Below the pieces are notes generated by a model. It was not told the origin of the DNA, did no database searches, and worked only from the letters and a program-made list of their open reading frames with translations. DNA of 1,543 nt from Escherichia coli (GTDB lineage: Bacteria > Pseudomonadota > Gammaproteobacteria > Enterobacterales > Enterobacteriaceae). Positions 1 to 1,543 of the stretch are shown one piece after another. The first letter of the stretch is position 1, and every line of letters begins with the position of its first letter. Location of the stretch: the NCBI RefSeq assembly GCF_003334255.1, contig NZ_QOWU01000155.1. One strand, given 5' to 3'. A program made the translations under genes and the position numbers.

Positions 1-62
1 AATCGGTGGAGCTGCATGACAAAGTCATCGGGCATTATCTGAACATAAAACACTATCAATAA
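1..62 (+). CDS. Possible 3' end of an upstream protein-coding gene (partial; ...SVELHDKVIGHYLNIKHYQ*)
   Basis: Frame 3 is the only + frame open from the window edge; it runs from nt 3 to a TAA at 60..62, while the other two + frames hit stops at 17..19 and 40..42. The stop lies 21 nt before the ORF1 start, an operon-like spacing. Only 19 codons are visible, so this is weakly supported. Confidence 0.25.
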   Translation, partial: SVELHDKVIGHYLNIKHYQ

Positions 63-83
63 GTTGGAGTCATTACCGTAGAT

Positions 84-479
84 ATGAAGGGAACGAAAAA
101 CGCCTTTGGTTTAGGTTCTGCGCCTAATGGACAAAAAATTGGCGCTGCATCCATTGGTATTGACAGGTCTAATGGTGGGATTCACGCGGCGGACGATACA
201 GGTGAAATTCCTGTCGACCTGATTCAAACTGACCACTGGTCAGCAGCGCCCCCCACATGGAAAGCCTCATCTAATGGCGCATTCTGCTCGCTGACAAGTT
301 GCTCAGCAATCGAGCGCGGTTATTCTGTTGCAAAAACAGGGGAACTGACACCTGTTGCCATTACAGCGGTCACCTTCCCGTTACTGATTGATGCTGCGGT
401 AAATGACAATACTATTCTTGGTTCTGATGAAACGATCAAACTGGATGGTAACGTCACTATCAGCGTTCAGTATTTATAA
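84..479 (+). CDS. Hypothetical protein, 131 aa; possibly fimbrial-subunit-like, but no signal peptide detected
   Basis: ORF from the six-frame track. The ATG at 84 is the first start after the in-frame TAA at 60..62. GGAG at 66..69 is a possible RBS, though the 14-nt spacer is long. The protein is rich in Gly/Ala/Ser/Thr/Asn, has two close cysteines (CSLTSC) and ends in an alternating-hydrophobic strand with a penultimate Tyr (VTISVQYL), loosely like the C-terminal strand of chaperone-usher pilins. The N-terminus (MKGTKNAFGLGSAPNGQK...) is not hydrophobic and does not look like a Sec signal peptide. Confidence 0.55.
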   Translation: MKGTKNAFGLGSAPNGQKIGAASIGIDRSNGGIHAADDTGEIPVDLIQTDHWSAAPPTWKASSNGAFCSLTSCSAIERGYSVAKTGELTPVAITAVTFPLLIDAAVNDNTILGSDETIKLDGNVTISVQYL

Positions 480-650
480 GAACTTGTAATACAGTTTTTA
501 TTTTTACGCATTAACCAGTTAGCTATAACTCGGACAGATTATGCCCTATGACATGGTCTGTCTTAATCAATCTCATCGCAAACAGTGCATAACATATATT
601 AACAATATGTTTCTGCGTTATTTATCATTATTACAGGAGTTTTAATTTAA
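480..650 (+). promoter_or_regulatory. AT-rich intergenic region upstream of the chaperone gene; candidate promoter and RBS
   Basis: 171-bp non-coding, visibly AT-rich spacer. RBS AGGAG at 635..639 sits 11 nt before the ATG at 651. A candidate sigma70-like promoter is TTAACA (599..604), an 18-nt spacer, then TATCAT (623..628), but such matches arise easily by chance in AT-rich DNA. A short inverted repeat ATATT-AAC-AATAT lies at 596..608. Confidence 0.3.
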
Positions 651-1325
651 ATGCTCAGACACATTACATTCACTGTATTTATAACAACATCAATGAATAC
701 CTTAGCCACAGGGATGGTTCCTGAAACATCAGTATTGCTGGTTGATGAAAAGCGTGGTGAAGCTAGTATTAATATTAAGAATACAGATGATCATCCTTCA
801 TTGCTTTACACCACCATTGTTGATTTGCCTGAAAGCAATAAATCAATTCGTTTAATCCCGACTCAGCCCGTTATTCGTGTTGAAGCCGGTCAAGTACAAC
901 AGGTTCGATTTTTACTTCAGGCGACTGTTCCTCTGCAATCAGAAGAGCTGAAACGCGTAACGTTCGAAGGTATTCCACCAAAAGATGACAAGAGCAGCAG
1001 AGTTACTGTTTCAATTCGTCAGGATCTACCTGTACTGATCCACCCGGCTTCCCTGCCGGAAGAGCGAGAGACCTGGAAATTCCTGGAATGGCGTAAAAAT
1101 GGCGACCAAATTGAGATTAGCAACCCCAGTAATTATGTCGTTCGTATGACCTTACAATTTAAAACGCTCCCTTCAGGAAAAACGGGGGCTATAAATAAGA
1201 CCTATTTTCTACCACACACCAGTACAACTACTGCATTAACAAACGCTACGGATACAAAAGTCGAGTTTTACCCAGCCAGCCGATATGGTTATCGCGGTAA
1301 TAAATATGTCACTGACTTAAAATAA
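651..1325 (+). CDS. Periplasmic pilus (fimbrial) assembly chaperone, PapD-like fold; divergent, possibly alternate (CS1/CFA-I-like) or archaic clade
   Basis: ORF from the track, 224 aa. A TAA at 648..650 sits immediately upstream in frame, so the start at 651 is unambiguous, and it has an AGGAG RBS. N-terminal signal peptide MLRHITFTVFITTSMNTLA. By-eye matches to PapD-family chaperone motifs: LIPTQPVIRVEAGQVQQVRFLL (cf. PapD ATPPVQRLEPGAKSMVRL), FEGIPPK (cf. REIPP), RVTVSIRQDLPVLIHPASLP (the alternating G1 donor strand, cf. LQIALQTKIKLFYRPAA) and ISNPSNYVV (cf. IENPTPYYV in the C-terminal domain). Size and two-domain layout fit the family. Confidence 0.75.
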   Translation: MLRHITFTVFITTSMNTLATGMVPETSVLLVDEKRGEASINIKNTDDHPSLLYTTIVDLPESNKSIRLIPTQPVIRVEAGQVQQVRFLLQATVPLQSEELKRVTFEGIPPKDDKSSRVTVSIRQDLPVLIHPASLPEERETWKFLEWRKNGDQIEISNPSNYVVRMTLQFKTLPSGKTGAINKTYFLPHTSTTTALTNATDTKVEFYPASRYGYRGNKYVTDLK

Positions 1326-1345
1326 CTTTGCCTGGAGCGACAAGG

Positions 1346-1471
1346 ATGTTAAAAAAAACGTTACTGGCCTACACCATTGGTTTTGCCTTTTCTCCCCCAG
1401 CCAATGCAGATGGTATAGAGATTGCCGCTGTTGATTTTGATCGGGAAACATTAAAATCACTAGGTGGGTGA
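1346..1471 (+). CDS. Short signal-peptide ORF (41 aa), probably the 5' end of the next pilus gene (usher or subunit), ended by an in-frame TGA; possible pseudogene or readthrough
   Basis: ATG at 1346 lies 20 nt after the chaperone stop, with GGAG at 1334..1337 as RBS (8-nt spacer). Translation is MLKKTLLAYTIGFAFSPPANA|DGIEIAAVDFDRETLKSLGG*, a canonical Sec signal peptide with an A-x-A cleavage site. TGA is at 1469..1471. The same frame continues open from 1472 to the window end (CCQLTDLVYDGVFEVLQWLLFLSA). This ORF is not on the supplied track; I translated it by hand. Confidence 0.4.
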   Translation: MLKKTLLAYTIGFAFSPPANADGIEIAAVDFDRETLKSLGG

Positions 1472-1543
1472 TGCTGCCAACTTACTGATTTAGTGTATGA
1501 TGGTGTTTTTGAGGTGCTCCAGTGGCTTCTGTTTCTATCAGCT

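Noticed and set aside
159-187. Perfect TTGACA hexamer at 159..164 as a promoter -35 element
   Set aside because: It lies inside the ORF1 coding sequence, and the sequence 17 nt downstream (around 182..187, CACGCG) has no -10-like hexamer. Most likely a chance match.
249-254. C6 homopolymer in ORF1 (GCG CCC CCC ACA) as a slipped-strand phase-variation site
   Set aside because: Six residues is shorter than tracts typically associated with measurable switching, and there is no other evidence. The A8 tract at 1351..1358 is the better candidate.
511-529. TTAACC (511..516) with TATAAC (524..529) as a promoter
   Set aside because: The spacer between the hexamers is only 7 nt, incompatible with sigma70 geometry.
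1469-1471. TGA read as Trp (genetic code 4) or selenocysteine, which would make the downstream gene continuous
   Set aside because: Code-4 organisms (Mollicutes) have no outer membrane or chaperone-usher pili and are far more AT-rich than this window, and the other three ORFs end in TAA. No SECIS-like stem-loop is evident right after the TGA, and pilus proteins are not known selenoproteins.
1-1543. CRISPR array, tRNA/rRNA genes, IS element or terminal inverted repeats
   Set aside because: No regularly spaced direct repeats, no tRNA-like cloverleaf segments and no transposase-like ORF. The only repeats seen are short, such as the 8-mer GCATTAAC occurring twice, consistent with chance.
1497-1543. 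Alternative downstream start at ATG 1497 in another frame (MMVFLRCSSGFCFYQ...), open to the window end
   Set aside because: No Shine-Dalgarno sequence precedes it and the peptide has no recognisable motif. With only 15 codons visible it cannot be distinguished from chance, and the frame continuing from the 1346 ORF has more contextual support.

Overview
This 1.5 kb window looks like a fragment of a chaperone-usher-type fimbrial (pilus) gene cluster, all on the + strand. The clearest element is a 224-aa secreted protein (651..1325) whose motifs match the PapD-like periplasmic pilus chaperone fold. Upstream is a 131-aa ORF (84..479) of unclear function with no recognisable signal peptide, preceded by what may be the last 19 codons of another gene (to 62). 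An AT-rich 171-bp spacer (480..650) separates ORF1 from the chaperone gene. Downstream, a new gene starts at 1346 with a good RBS and a classical signal peptide but hits an in-frame TGA after 41 codons, while the same frame stays open to the window end. No rRNA, tRNA, CRISPR or mobile element is recognisable, and the six-frame track shows no long ORF on the minus strand. I see no compelling evidence for a wholly new system; the notable points are the divergent chaperone, the interrupted downstream gene and the signal-less ORF1. All homology statements are from reading the translations by eye, not from searches.
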